Shown piece after piece: positions 11,341-23,764 of a stretch of 64,000 bases of DNA; position 1 is the first letter of the stretch; each line of letters starts with the position of its first letter. The translations under genes were made by a program, and so were the position numbers. The DNA comes from Macrostomum lignano (lineage: Eukaryota): contig NIVC01001159.1 of the NCBI GenBank assembly GCA_002269645.1, forward strand, positions 237,414 through 301,413. The letters run 5' to 3'. The notes beneath the pieces are model-generated. The model worked only from the letters and a program-made list of their open reading frames with translations. It had not been told where the DNA came from and searched no databases.

Positions 11341-12887
11341 GCGATTTTAAAAATGTACATAAAAATTTCGCTGTTAAAATATAACAAAAATGCACTTTGT
11401 TATTAAATAGGGATTAATTAAGCGCTATATCAATATAAAAACAGTTTCAAAAAATAAATTTACTTAAAAATCACCGTAACGCGTAAGAAACACTTAAAAC
11501 ATTTAAATTTCTTTGAAAGCAACACAGCGCATTTCAACAATTGCTTCGCGTGGCTCTGCGCGCGCGCGCGGTGGTTTTCATACGTAGTTTGTAGATCGAT
11601 GGTGATCGAGGACGGTGTGGTTTAGCCAACTGATAAAATAAAATATGTTAATATATTACTCTTATTCTGACTCTACTGTACAAACAAAATCCCCAATCGC
11701 TCTCGCAAGGCTAAAAAGCCATGAATTTAGAATTTCTATTTATTCATTTAATGCATGAAAATTGTAATGTAAATTAACGTTTTTATGTAAAGTAAAAGAA
11801 AATTAAATCGTCAGTGATAAACTTTTAGCTTATTTTAAATTAATAATAAATAAAATTAGTGTATTTTTTTGCTTAGAGTATTAATTTTGCATCATATTTT
11901 TTGTAAGTATAATTTAGGTTTGTTTAAATTGAAAATATTCGTAATATTTTAAAAACACTTGTCATACAAAAGCCTTTCTTAGAAAACTCTACTCGTGAAA
12001 ACCAAATGACCTTTTTTTAGGAATTTTTGGTGTACATTTTAGCGCAACTTTTTGTTTCTGGCGTACACTGGCGTACAAAGTCCTAGACGCCCGAATTTTT
12101 TCCGGCGTACACGGGTACATGATCCGCACACTGGATTTAATTTAGAATGGCATTTTGTAAAATGCAGGTTAGGCGTTAAGCCTAATAATTTTATAGACTT
12201 GCTATACTGTATAGGATTATCGACGTAGTTGACAGACATTAAATAAATATTTATTGAGAAACATCATTATATTAAACAATTAGCGCCTAAATAGGTTTTA
12301 ATGTTGCTTAAAAGCCAAGCCCAAAAAATCAAGTCAAATTTAACTATGCCCTAAAGTAGGCCATAGGGTAGGCCTACTAGCAATGTACTTAGGCCTACTT
12401 TGACTTAGCTGCAGGGGGCTCTGTGCGTCTGGAGACAGTGAGGAGGCATTGCTGCCCATTTTGCTAGGCCCTGGTGACCATGGGCAGCTAGTGCTGCAGT
12501 GTTGTGCAGGGAGTTCCAGTGGCTGAGTGGCGAGTCCAGGAGAGTCAAGGAGGTAGATTGTTGCTCGCCCAGTAGCCCTTAAGGTAGTAGACGAGCTGGT
12601 ACTAGCAATGTAAATTAAATGCTATTTGTTATTTGATAAGATTAGTCTACTTGTTAATTTAAGAAATGAAATTTATATGGCACAATTAAATAACCTATAT
12701 AACTAAGAAACTATTGTGACTACTTTATTGATCTTATTATTTTAGTTTTTAGTTAGAAATAGAATTTGAAAAGACTATTAGGCCACCCTAGCTAAGGCCT
12801 ATTTGACATTGGCACTATAAGCCTTAGACTTTGACTTTATCTAGGCCTAATGAACATGTTTTTTAGATAGGTATAATTACCAGAAAA

Positions 12888-14470
12888 TCCATGCTTTTCA
12901 ATGCCTGTGCTTTTCGGTGCCTGGCATTTTGGTGCCCCAGTTTTCTTTTTGGTGCCTAGATTATAAAGTAGAATTGGACACAAAAAGATAGAAAGTGAGC
13001 CCTAATAATTAGCAATAAGTGCTTTGCAGTACTTCTTTACTTTAAAAAAACTAATAAGGTTTTTCTATTATTCATTTTGTTAAGCTGACATGTTGCTTTA
13101 ATTTTAAAGAAAGTCTCTTATTTCCTCTAAACAAAATTTTGTCTACACTATATTTCTCAAGAAAAAAACTTGATTACATGACTAAAGAAATCAAGACTAA
13201 AATGGATTTGTCACACTTTGTAATTTTGATCAAAATTATACACAGCATAATTGATGGATTTCATCTTTACCTAACTAGGGCTTAACAGGCGCAGATCCAG
13301 GAATTTCTTGAGGGTGGGCCAACTTTTTTCATACTCTCAAGTTACAAGTATTAACTGGCAGAAGCAATCATTCAAATACGAGTATAATAGAGCAGAATTT
13401 TTTTCGAGGCAGCTGAGAGAGGGGGGCATGGCCCTTTTGCCCCCTCTCCCCAGGATCTGCCACTGGGGCCTAAGTCTTCTTAATCTTAGCATGCATGCTA
13501 AGTGCAGCTTTGTATTTACAGGATACAGCAAATGTTTGCAATTAAATCAAACATATTTTTTGAAATTTAAGAAACATCAGTTTAACAAAATGATATTTCT
13601 TTCTTTAATAATGTCCCAGGGCTCTCTTTTGCTGTATTATTATTTTTTTTACTTGCTGCCACTAAGTTGTTACAGTGCCAATATTTTTCCCTGATAAATG
13701 TCATAAAACTGTCACCAAAGTTGTCACAGTGGGTTTAATTTCTATGCTCTCTTAACTAATATAGGCCCTCTACCTTTGCATGAATGTATTTATACTTATT
13801 GGTAGTGTGACTACTTCTGTATCTACTTTTATATTAGTAGCATCTGTCTATCTATTGGTAGCATTTGTATATTCACTATACTCTTTGGCCTAAGCAATCT
13901 AATGGCATTGTCTATTCTCACTATTTACTCCTATAGAGATTGTCTCTCAGTCCTAGGCATTCCCTGGATTAGAAGGTCATAGCCTAATGCGATTTTTCCT
14001 ACCCTGAGGTGATTCTTCTGTCCTGAGATGTTCTTCCTGCCCTAAAGTGTTTCTCTTGCTTTTAGCAGGTTTCTTATACTATTCCAATAAGGTAATACTC
14101 TTGTCTAGAAAATGAATAAGGCTCTTGAATACAACAACTTAGCAATTTCAATATTGGAACAAACTATATTAGCAAGTCACAATAGTTAAACAAAAACTAA
14201 ATTTTTCTTTTAGTGCAGTTTTGAAAAACAGTTTTCTAAGAAATATAATATGCAAAAATGAGTAATTCCAAAATATTCATATAGTATTATTACAGTATTA
14301 TTAATGCTCTTCATCAGGAAAATAAAATGTTTTGTCAAGTATTTATTATTTTTGTTATTAGATTACTTTTTTATTACAAGTATTTAGGTGTCATAAACTG
14401 AGACACCAAAAAGCAAACTGGGGGACCAAAATGCCAGGCACCGAAAAGCACAGGTACCAAAAAGCATGGA
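12888..14470. mobile_element. Putative non-autonomous DNA element bounded by ~70-bp imperfect inverted repeats
   Basis: 12888-12957 (TCCATGCTTTT..CCTGTGCTTTTCGGTGCCTGGCATTTTGGT..) is the reverse complement of 14401-14470. No TSD identified. Confidence 0.5.
13286..13465. mobile_element. hAT-type MITE (180 bp)
   Basis: TIRs CAGGCGCAGATCC / GGATCTGCCACTG; 8-bp TSD GGGCTTAA (13278-13285) and GGGCCTAA (13466-13473) with one mismatch. Confidence 0.75.
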
Positions 14471-15710
14471 AACCATTACCAATATTATATATAACTTTTA
14501 ATTAAATTGGCAAATTAGCTATACTATAGAAAACCAAAATAAAAGAAAAGCAAGAGAAATGAGAATAGAAAAGTTGAAATAAAAATGTTTAAAAGGCCTA
14601 TTTGTTGTTGTTAAACGAATGGGAGTAAGGTATTGTCCCTCGGGTCAGCCCTGGGTGGGCTCTGCCGATGTATTGTTTAATATAAATTATAAATTGACGA
14701 ATATTTAATACACGAAATAAATAAGGCCTATTTAATACAATAGATTTACAATTTCTTTTGTAGCCTTTGCCCTGATTTAAGTCCTTGGTTTGTATTATAT
14801 TAGATATCATTTAAAGCATATATTTATTTTATTGAAGCTTTTAAAAATTTTATTATTTTATCAATTATTACTTTTATTATCATTATAAAAATAGCTAACT
14901 TTACTAGGTCTAAAACCAAAACAATTTTAGAATAATGTTTTAAACTAAATGTTGCAAAATAATAATAATCCTAGGCCTAACTTAAGATATATTAAATATT
15001 TTTAGAGTTTAGCAAGGTTATAGTACCCATTCTAGTAAGCAGTAATCAAAGGCTTTCATTTTTAATGTAATTTGGCTGAAAAGTTAGGTAGATTCTATTT
15101 TTGTGTATATCATATGATTCTAAGATCAATGTTAAGATCTTATTTTATCTTTAGTTAAAAACCTATTAAACATTTGGTTGGTTGGTAACTATATTGATAA
15201 AATATTAAAAAGGCAAATTTTCTTGTTTTTTATTAATAGTATTTATTTTTAGTATATTGGATTATCATAACTTTATAATTACCAAGTTTGCAACTAAGGC
15301 TCATAAATCAGTTAGGCCTATCCTAGTATATTGCACATTTATTCTAAGTCTAGATTAATGCCATTTTGTATTGAAATTCTATAATTTAGCCCTCATCACT
15401 TTCCTACTAAAAAGAGATTTCATCTTTCATAATGATTATAACCTATTAGCTAAAATTAAAATATATTAAATGCTGGCTCATATTGAGCTACAAGTTTGAT
15501 TATGAATTCACCTGAAATCCTTTGGTGAAGATAGAAAAATCAACTTTTTTTAGACCAAGCTACATCAAACTCTTCATTTTGCAGCAATCCTAGTAATGTT
15601 TTGGTTTATGGGATTATAATTGATATCTTTGAGATTGGGTACAATTGAAATTGAAAGCATTAATTTGTATTTATTCTTCATGAAGCAAGCTGGCAATCAA
15701 AGCATCATTT

Positions 15711-16176
15711 ATGGCCAAGATTGCACCGAGCACGAATGCCAGCTGCACCTTGGCCAGCATGTCCCGGCTTGCCAGCCGCTGCCTGGCCTTCCCAGTGGCC
15801 TGGAAATCTCCCCAGCCGCCATTTCTTTGTGGCCTTGAAAAGGAAAGCGCGGCACTGATCGAGCGGTGCATCTACTATCCCAGCAACCGACTGCTGCTGC
15901 TGCAGCTGCTTTCGGAGTCGGCTCTGGCCGAGTTTCTCAATCGACAGGCTTCCGCTTTAGGGTTGGTTTTTAGTTGGAGTATTTGTTGGGAATGCTGCAT
16001 CTGACGGTGGGCTCTGTTTTATTGGGCAGTTTAACAGTTTTCTCATCCTTTGGATGAAGACAGGCAGACAGACATACAGAAAGACACACACACAGAAGAC
16101 AGACACATGCGCACAAAGACAGACAGACAGAAAGACAGGCAGACAGACATACAGCTAGAGAGAGAGACAGACACTA

Positions 16177-16233
<57 letters not shown>

Positions 16234-16434
16234 GGCAGACAGACAGACATACAGCCAGAGAGAGAGAGACAGACACTAAGACAGACAGACAGACAGACAG
16301 ACATACAGCCAGAGAGAGAGACAGACACTAAGACAGACAGACAGACAGACATACAGCCAGAGAGAGAGACAGACACTAAGACAGACAGACAGACAGACAG
16401 ACAGACATACAGCCAGAGAGAGAGACAGACACTA

Positions 16435-16487
<53 letters not shown>

Positions 16488-18502
16488 TACAGCCAGAGAG
16501 AGAGACAGACAGACAGACAGACAACATGCGAATCGATAAAACTCCATGAGAAAGGCTGGCCACCCGACAACCGCCAGGCCCTGCTCAGCGGACGCAGCCA
16601 CCAGCGGTCGAGTGCGCAGCCGGGACGCGGCTCCCAGCCCGCACTATCCGGTGTTTGCTGACTTACCGCCGTCGTGGCGTCAGAAGCGTGCGCGCCGGAG
16701 CGAGTATCGTGGATGCACAGAGCAGGCAGTGCAGTTTGTCACGGTTAGCGGCCCGGCAGCTTTGGCTAGCGATGTTGTTGACGAAAGATTGGCCAATGAG
16801 GTTAGCTGGGATTTGTTCATGTTAAGTTTGTCTGAGAGTGAGATTCACTTACTCTTAGCCTGTTTGTTTTTGAAGCGATGGTTCGTACTGAAATGCGACC
16901 CTAATACAAATGGAAAGTTGCGTTTATCGACTACTATCAGTAGAAGTATAAGAAAATTAGTTAGCGATTGCAATTGAATCTGATAATCTGAGCAATAATA
17001 GCAAAAACAGCTAATAGACTATACCAAATACAGGTTGACGACAGACAGTAAATAGGCACTGGGACCAAGCAAGTTTTATCAGAATAGATGTTTATGAACT
17101 GGTGTTGACAACAAATACTAGAATAACTAGTCTAGTTACCTACATAGTCATCTGGTTGCCTATATAGTTCATCTGGTTGCCTATATAGTTCATCTGGTTG
17201 CCTATATAGTTCATCTGGTTGCCTATATAGTTCATCTAGTTGCTAAAATAGTCATCTTGTTGCTAAAATAGTCATCTGGTTGCCTAAATAGTCATCTGGT
17301 TGCCTAAACAGTCATCTGGTTACCTAAAAAGTCATCTAGTTACCTAAATAGTCATTTGTTTACCTAAATAGTCATCTGGTTACCTAAATAGTCATCTGGT
17401 TACCTAAATAGTCATCTTATTACCTAAATAGTCATGTGGTTACCTAAATAGTCATCTGGTTACCTGAATAGTCATCTTATTACCTAAATAGTCATGTGGT
17501 TACCTAAATAGTCATCTGGTTACCTAAATAGTCTTCTGTTTACCTAAATAGTCATCTGTTTACCTAAATAGTCATCTGGTTACCTAAATAGTCTTCTGTT
17601 TACCTAAATAGTCATCTGGTTACCTAAATAGTCTTCTGTTTACCTAAATAGTCATCTGGTTACCTAAATAGTCTTCTGTTTACCTAAATAGTCATCTGGT
17701 TACCTAAATAGTCATCTGGTTACCTAACTAACTAGGCTAGCCAGTTAGTTAGGTAACCAGATGCTGGTATGCTGGTATACCAGCATAGATACTTAATATG
17801 AGGCTACATTTCACTATAGCAGATTGACATAAGGCATAAAAATACCACAGCTGGTATTTTTGAGAACAGTCTGCTGTCATGGTCGCTTGGTATAAATATG
17901 GAATGCCTGATTTTTCCCTCAACTGCGCCTCCTGCACTCTGCCAGGCCAGCCTCCTGGGCCAGATGCGTACGTGGCATTCCCTGATCAGCCTCTCCGATG
18001 CCTCATCAGGCGCCAATCAGTCCCTGCTGCTGTTGCCCCGCCTGCTCCTAGCCGAGGCGTTCAACTGCCGGTTGCGGTGCTCGAAATTCCACGGCGCGAA
18101 AATTCAAATCGGCGGCTCCTGCAGTTGGGGCGGCGCTTGCATCGGCGCGGACGTCGATATGCGCGTAATGAGCTCGGAGCGCAGTAGCCTTCACGCGCTG
18201 GGCCGCTGCCTCATCCGATCGGATCCGTGGGTGACTCACCTGCTGTACCTGGGGGACCCCCGCACCAGCGTGCCCATCTGGCTGGGCCGGCACCGGCTGC
18301 TGCTGGCCTGCAAATTCGACCTGTCGCTGCAGCAGCCGGCCGCCCCGGCGCTGGAGGCCTGTCTGGCAGAGCTGTGCCGCAGCCTGCCGGACCTGCCTGT
18401 CCTGCTCACCACCGTCAAATCGCTGCTGCGACACGGCAAAAAACCACTGAAAGACACGTCGGTGTCCAGCTTCAAGGTGAGCTTTTGTTGTGTTTGATAG
18501 AG

Positions 18503-18570
<68 letters not shown>

Positions 18571-19052
18571 GGATACACAGGATATATATACTGAGCCTGC
18601 TTAACTCACCCGCGCAGGTGATCTGCCTTCTCCTGGCCCACCTGCAGCGCCTGGGCTGCCTGCCGCCAATCAACGAAGATTTATTATCGAACCCGGCGGC
18701 CTCAATATCCGCCAGTTGGCCAGCCGATTCCGCGGACCGGCTGCTGCTGGACTTTGTTGACTATCTGCTGAATTCCGGCCGCGAGCCGCTAAGCGTCCGG
18801 CACCGGCTGGCCGACTGCAGCTGGACTCGGACGGCCAACTTGTCCGCGCCGCAGATTCTGCACCCGTTCGTGCCGGAGTCCGCCGGCCCAGCTGCCAACA
18901 TCACCCGCGGCCTGAGCGCTCATGGCCTGGCCGCGCTGCGTCGGTGCCTGGCGCCCGCCAGGCCGCTGCTGCGAATGCGTTATGATGACTGCGGCGGGCT
19001 GTGGGGCCTGGCTGGCTGGCTGAGCATGCCGAAGGAGTCCTCTTTCCAGTAG
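15711..19052 (+). CDS. Non-canonical poly(A)/terminal nucleotidyltransferase, MTPAP(PAPD1)-like (~479 aa from the first ATG; a further 5' exon is possible)
   Basis: Exons 15711-15961, 16578-16800, 17946-18476, 18618-19052 splice in phase. Has the GS motif (IGGSCSWG), DxD (GADVDM), a third Asp (KFDLS), and a PAP-associated region (SSFKVICLLLAHLQRLGCLPP; LLDFVDY; QILHPF..NITR). The N-terminal region resembles the MTPAP RRM-like domain by eye. Confidence 0.7.
16060..16522 (+). repeat. Compound (AGAC)n microsatellite with a higher-order unit, in intron 1 of the MTPAP-like gene
   Basis: AGAC runs punctuated by a recurring ACATACAGCCAGAGAGAGAGACAGACACTA block. Confidence 0.9.
17143..17727 (+). repeat. 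20-21-bp minisatellite (GTCATCTGGTTACCTAAATA) in intron 2 of the MTPAP-like gene
   Basis: About 28 tandem units; 21-bp variants on the left grade into 20-bp units. Confidence 0.92.
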
Positions 19053-19085
19053 TCAGCTGGGATGCTGAGCTGCGGCATTGACAGA

Positions 19086-19643
19086 TTCAGATGGGGGACT
19101 TTGCTTGTGTCAGGTGGGTCACTGAGTGGGTATTTTAGATTTGTCAGGTGGGTCACTGAGTGGGTATTTTAGATTTGTCAGGTGGGTCACTGAGTGGGTA
19201 TTTTAGATTTGTCAGGTGGGTCACTGAGTGGGTATTTTAGATTTGTCAGGTGGGTCACTGAGTGGGTATTTTAGATTTGTCAGGTGGGTCACTGAGTGGG
19301 TATTTTAGATTTGTCAGGTGGGTCACTGAGTGGGTATTTTAGATTTGTCAGGTGGGTCACTGAGTGGGTATTTTAGATTTGTCAGGTGGGTCACTGAGTG
19401 GGTATTTTAGATTTGTCAGGTGGGTCACCGAGTAGGTATTTTAGAGACAATTGTCAGGTGGGTCACTGATTGGGAGATTTTAGAGAGATTTGTCAGGTGG
19501 GTCACTGAGAGGATATTTTAGATTTGTCAGGTGGGTCACTGAGAGGATATTTTAGATGTGTCAGGTGGGTCACTGAGAGGATATTTTAGATTTGTCAGGT
19601 GGGTCACTGAGAGGATATTTTAGATGTGTCAGGTGGGTCAGTG
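19086..19643 (+). repeat. 34-bp minisatellite (TTGTCAGGTGGGTCACTGAGTGGGTATTTTAGAT)
   Basis: About 15 head-to-tail copies with no spacers. Confidence 0.92.
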
Positions 19644-19990
19644 AATATGTAAAGCGCGCCAAGATTTTACTTGTGTGACAAATTTTTTTAAAGGCGTTTA
19701 ATTGCATTATTTTTACTAAGCAGTGCTAAACTCCGATTAGTGTTAAAGTCTGCTGCAATCGCTGTATTGTTCTGCATTTGTTCTGAATTATTATTTATTA
19801 TATACATTGTGTATAGAGATCTATTTGTCATATCAAGAATTCAAATTTTTGAAAACAGTACTCTACGGACTTGACTAACTGGATTTTAGTAGTTGTGCGA
19901 TATGTATCGTAAAACACCTCACTGTGGCCAAATACCTAAATATTGCAGCCTGCTCTAAGCCGGTCAGTTCTATTGCTAATCAGTCGCCAG

Positions 19991-22900
19991 ATGTCCGACG
20001 CCAGTCAGCTGCTGTCGGAGGCCGCCCGCCGCATCCCGCCGCTCAGCGCCGGCTCGCACAAGGGCCAGGCCCGCCGCCTCTGCGTTGTCGGAGCTGTCGC
20101 GAGTACACCGGCGCTCCCTATTTTGCCGCCGCTGCCGCTCTGCGCGTTGGCGCCGATTTGGCGCACGTGATCTGCGCCGAGGCTGCGGCGCCGGTGATCA
20201 AATCGTACAGTCCAGAGCTGATTGTGCACCCGGTGTTGGACGGGGAGTCGGCTAGCCGGGAGCTGGAGCTCTGGCTGCCCAGGTTCCACGCTGTGCTGGT
20301 TGGGCCCGGCCTGGGCCGCGGCGAGTGCGTGGCCGGGGCTGAGGCAGTGAGTCTGGCGTCTGGCAGGCTTGTTGATTTTCTTTGTTCCAGTGCACACGTT
20401 GAAAGCGATGCCGTGACGAGAATCGGTGAAGAGTCATTGCGTGTTGTCAGAAGCGCGTCGTGTGAGCTGTAGAATCGTTAAGAGTCGCGAAAGAGAGAGT
20501 CGTCCAAGAATATGAATCCAATAATCAATAATCAAAACGAGACTAACGATAATAAATATTTGTGTGACGCAAAAATGGTGTACAGTAAATTTGTTCCAAG
20601 ATCAATGGGCAGGTCCGGGACGGCAAGATTGGCAGAGCAGTGCAGTCCGTGGTCAGCTCTCTCTCTCTCAAAACAAAAAACTCCGAGAACATGGCCCGCG
20701 CCCCACTATGTTGCCTTCTTTACTACAACATCAAAAAATTAATTAATGAAAAAGTTAATCAACAACAAACTGCCAAAACTGAAAACTTCAACCCTAGTTG
20801 AACCGATCATTGTTCTTCCCTTCTTTGTTTATCCGTCTCTCATCTTTAAAGCAAAATCAGCAAACTTTGCAACAACATGCTCAACAGAAAAATCCGTGTC
20901 GTCTTTAATTCCCCCAAAATCGGTGATTTTGTCGGCCGTTTAAAGTCACATGTGCCATGCGCTCTGCGGGCGGTTGTTGTCTACCGGTTCAACTGCTCTG
21001 GTAATCAGAGCGTCTCCTACGTGGGGGTCAAAACAGATGCGCTTCAAACACAACTCAGTACAGACTCTACAGCGACTCAAGCACGCCTTAAAATACGGCA
21101 CTACTGACCTGGAGTCGCAGACAATAATTTAATTCTAATTCCAATTTAGCTCCAAATTAATGTGACTGCACTTGGGAATCGAGCCTGGGCCGCTGGTTCA
21201 TCAGAGTGAAGAGTTTAAGAGTGGTGATCAGTCACTCAAAAACTCCCACTTCTAGACTGGGGAACAAATGCCTAGGTATTTGTAAATTCAAATCGCTCGT
21301 AACTCCTACTGGAGCGTCTCCTCTTGTGGTTGCAGACGTCTGGGTCTTGCGGTGTGTGACTCTGTCTAACTTGGCTGAGCGGTAGTGACGGCCGATTTCG
21401 GTGATCAACTGTAGTCTTCTGGAGTCCTTGACTTTTATCTGTAAGTCGCCCAAAACGAGAGCGAATCAGAATTCTTGTGACGGTCCTCGAGCTCGGAATT
21501 AACAATAGAACGTGCGCCCTAATGAACAATTGAATTCTTTAAGTTTCTGTGATAGGTCCTCCTGAAGGGCGGCTTCTTCGTTACGTCCGAAACGTAACGG
21601 ATAACTCAATTAAATCAATAAATCCTCTAGGAATATCCTAGGAAACAAGGAGGCCTTTCTCAAATGCATCGACAATGAACTGCTCTCGTATAACTCAATT
21701 AATCAACTCATTAACGCTAACAATCAAAGAACTGAATCCGGTAAACGCTTACCAATTGGACAAGTGTGGTCCCTCAGAGATTGGTCTTCTTTGTTCCTTC
21801 AGAGTCTTCTTAGAGACCGCTCTGAGTCTGAATTTTTTACTCGAATTTTCACTTGTATTTATAGCAAAATTTTGGAGAAAAACCGGTTTGGGATTTGGTA
21901 TTTACTTAGGTCATGAATGTTTGATTGAGCGGTCATGCATGTTTGAACATTACCATATATGGAGTTAAACAAATACAGCTGTTGAAATCCGGTTCCTTGA
22001 TCAAACAATGTTAATCCCACGCAGGGTTCTAAATCACTGCGCGTGATTCCAAAAAGAAGATATGACTCATTTTGGAAGAAATTGACTTTCTTAGAATATT
22101 ACTTTAAGTAGAGCATTAAGGTATGGTTTAATTAATAACTCTCTACAAGAGCGCCGCGCTAAATCATTAGGCTACGCCCCCAAATATATCGGGATATAAC
22201 ATTATATCGTACTTAACTGAAGTCGGTGCTATGGACAGTATCGGAACAGACGCATTAAAAGGCCCATCTTGTACAACAAGCTAGCAAACCCTCTTATTGC
22301 GATCGTAAAAATATCTTTCAAGCTACTGATTAGTATACAGCTAGTAGCTTAAACGAGCACGTGTTGATATCATAAGTAAACTCTGCCTGTCCCGCCCTCA
22401 CACAGGCAATCAAACTGGCCGTGTCGCTAAACAAGCCCCTGGTTATTGATGCCGTAAGTCTCTTATTAGTGCATTAATGCTTTCAGTAATATTGATAAGA
22501 GCTGACGAGGCCGAACTGAAACTTGTGCACGCAGGACGGCCTGGCAGTAGTGTGCTCTCGGCCGCACCTGATCTCAGGCGCCGGTCGGGTGCTGCTCACG
22601 CCAAACATTGTTGAGCTGGGCCGCCTGCGATCCGCACTGTGCGACGGCGACTCACCTGACACTGATGAAGCCGCCGAGTCGACAGCCCGTCGGATTTCCC
22701 GCAGCCTCGGCGGCGGAGTCGCCCTGCTGTGCAAGGGACCTGTCGATGTCGCCGTTATCGACAATGATGACGGCAACGCTGCGGCGTCCTCGACGCTGAC
22801 CTGCAGCGTTGTCGGCTCGCCTCGCCGTTGCGGCGGTCAGGGCGACGTTCTCGCCGGCTTGGCGCTCGCCTTCGCCAACTGGTGCTACGCCGGGCCGGCC

Positions 22901-23080
22901 TCGCCTGCCAGCCCGCACCCCGCTCTGCTGGCCGCCTTCGCCGCCTCCGCGTTGACTCGGCGCTGCTCCGCTGCGGCCTTCAAAGTCAACCGGCGAGCTA
23001 TGCTGGCTTCGGATCTGCTGGCCCAGATCGGGCCGTGCTCGAGGGAGCTGTTCCCCGAGGCTGACGCTGTGACCGACTAA
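19991..23080 (+). CDS. NAXD: ATP-dependent (S)-NAD(P)H-hydrate dehydratase (NAXD/CARKD), with an apparent 1-nt deletion frameshift near 20092
   Basis: Exons 19991-20346, 22406-22453, 22535-23080. Motifs [71 protein letters not shown]. Confidence 0.92.
20640..21625 (+). mobile_element. Decayed 3' fragment of a Penelope-like retroelement in NAXD intron 1
   Basis: Broken ORFs read [45 protein letters not shown], resembling the linker and GIY-YIG start of PLE ORFs. A hammerhead-like motif and AATAAA (21617-21622) follow. Confidence 0.6.
21556..21606 (+). ncRNA. Degenerate minimal type I hammerhead-ribozyme-like motif of the PLE pseudo-LTR
   Basis: CTGAA-GGGC...GTCC-GAAAC-GTA: stem II GGGC/GTCC, palindromic ACGT stem III and GUA triplet. 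The CUGANGA box lacks GA and stem I is poor. Confidence 0.35.
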
Positions 23081-23309
23081 AAAAAAACAGCCTGACACTC
23101 TAATATTGCAACTGTCAAATATTGTAGTTTAATAAAGATTTGCTCCATTTTTCTAGTTTCTAACGCTCTTTAAATTTTCTAACTCGATAACTGGGCAGTT
23201 TGTCAGTGTTAGCTAATTTCATTCATTTGTAATCACTTTATCCTGTTAATAACACCAGATTAATGACTTTAGCCAGACCTTCTTATCTGTCTTCCTGGAT
23301 TCCAGAAGC

Positions 23310-23600
23310 TTTCTTCCCAGATCCTCAAATTGAGCAAGCTCCCTCCCAGATCCCCAGATCCTCAAATTGAGCAATCTCCTCCCAGATCCCCAAATTCTCA
23401 AATCGAGCAGGCTCCTCCCAGATCGCCAAATTCTCAAATCGAGCAGGCTCCTCCCAGATCCCCAAATCCTCAAATCGAGCAGGCTCCTCCCAGATCCCCA
23501 AATCCTCAAATCGAGCAGGCTCCTCCCAGATCCCCAAATTCTCAAATCGGAAGGCCTCGCTCCCAGATCCCTAAATTCTCAAATCGAGCAGGCTCCTCCC
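23310..23600 (+). repeat. 36-bp minisatellite (GAGCAGGCTCCTCCCAGATCCCCAAATCCTCAAATC)
   Basis: About 7 tandem copies, giving periodic ORFs in several frames. Confidence 0.88.
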
Positions 23601-23764
23601 AGATCCTTAGGCTGGAGCGCAAACCAGCCTCTAAGACCATAATGTTAGGTTACTACTAGCTTCTCAGAAGCTCCAAAATTTTGCTTCAGTTATGAGTGAA
23701 CTCCGCTGAACTTCCAGAAGCAACAGGCTGTTCACCAATAGTCGAAGACACCTGCCGTGCTGTC

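Noticed and set aside
15671-16601. Minus-strand ORFs opposite the first MTPAP-like exons
   Set aside because: Bounded by in-frame stops without workable splice sites, while the plus-strand frames splice in phase into a recognisable protein.
19086-19643. 34-bp repeat array of CRISPR-repeat length
   Set aside because: Units are head-to-tail with no unique spacers, no cas genes are present, and the context is eukaryotic. The same applies to the 30-bp (54770) and 36-bp (23310) arrays.
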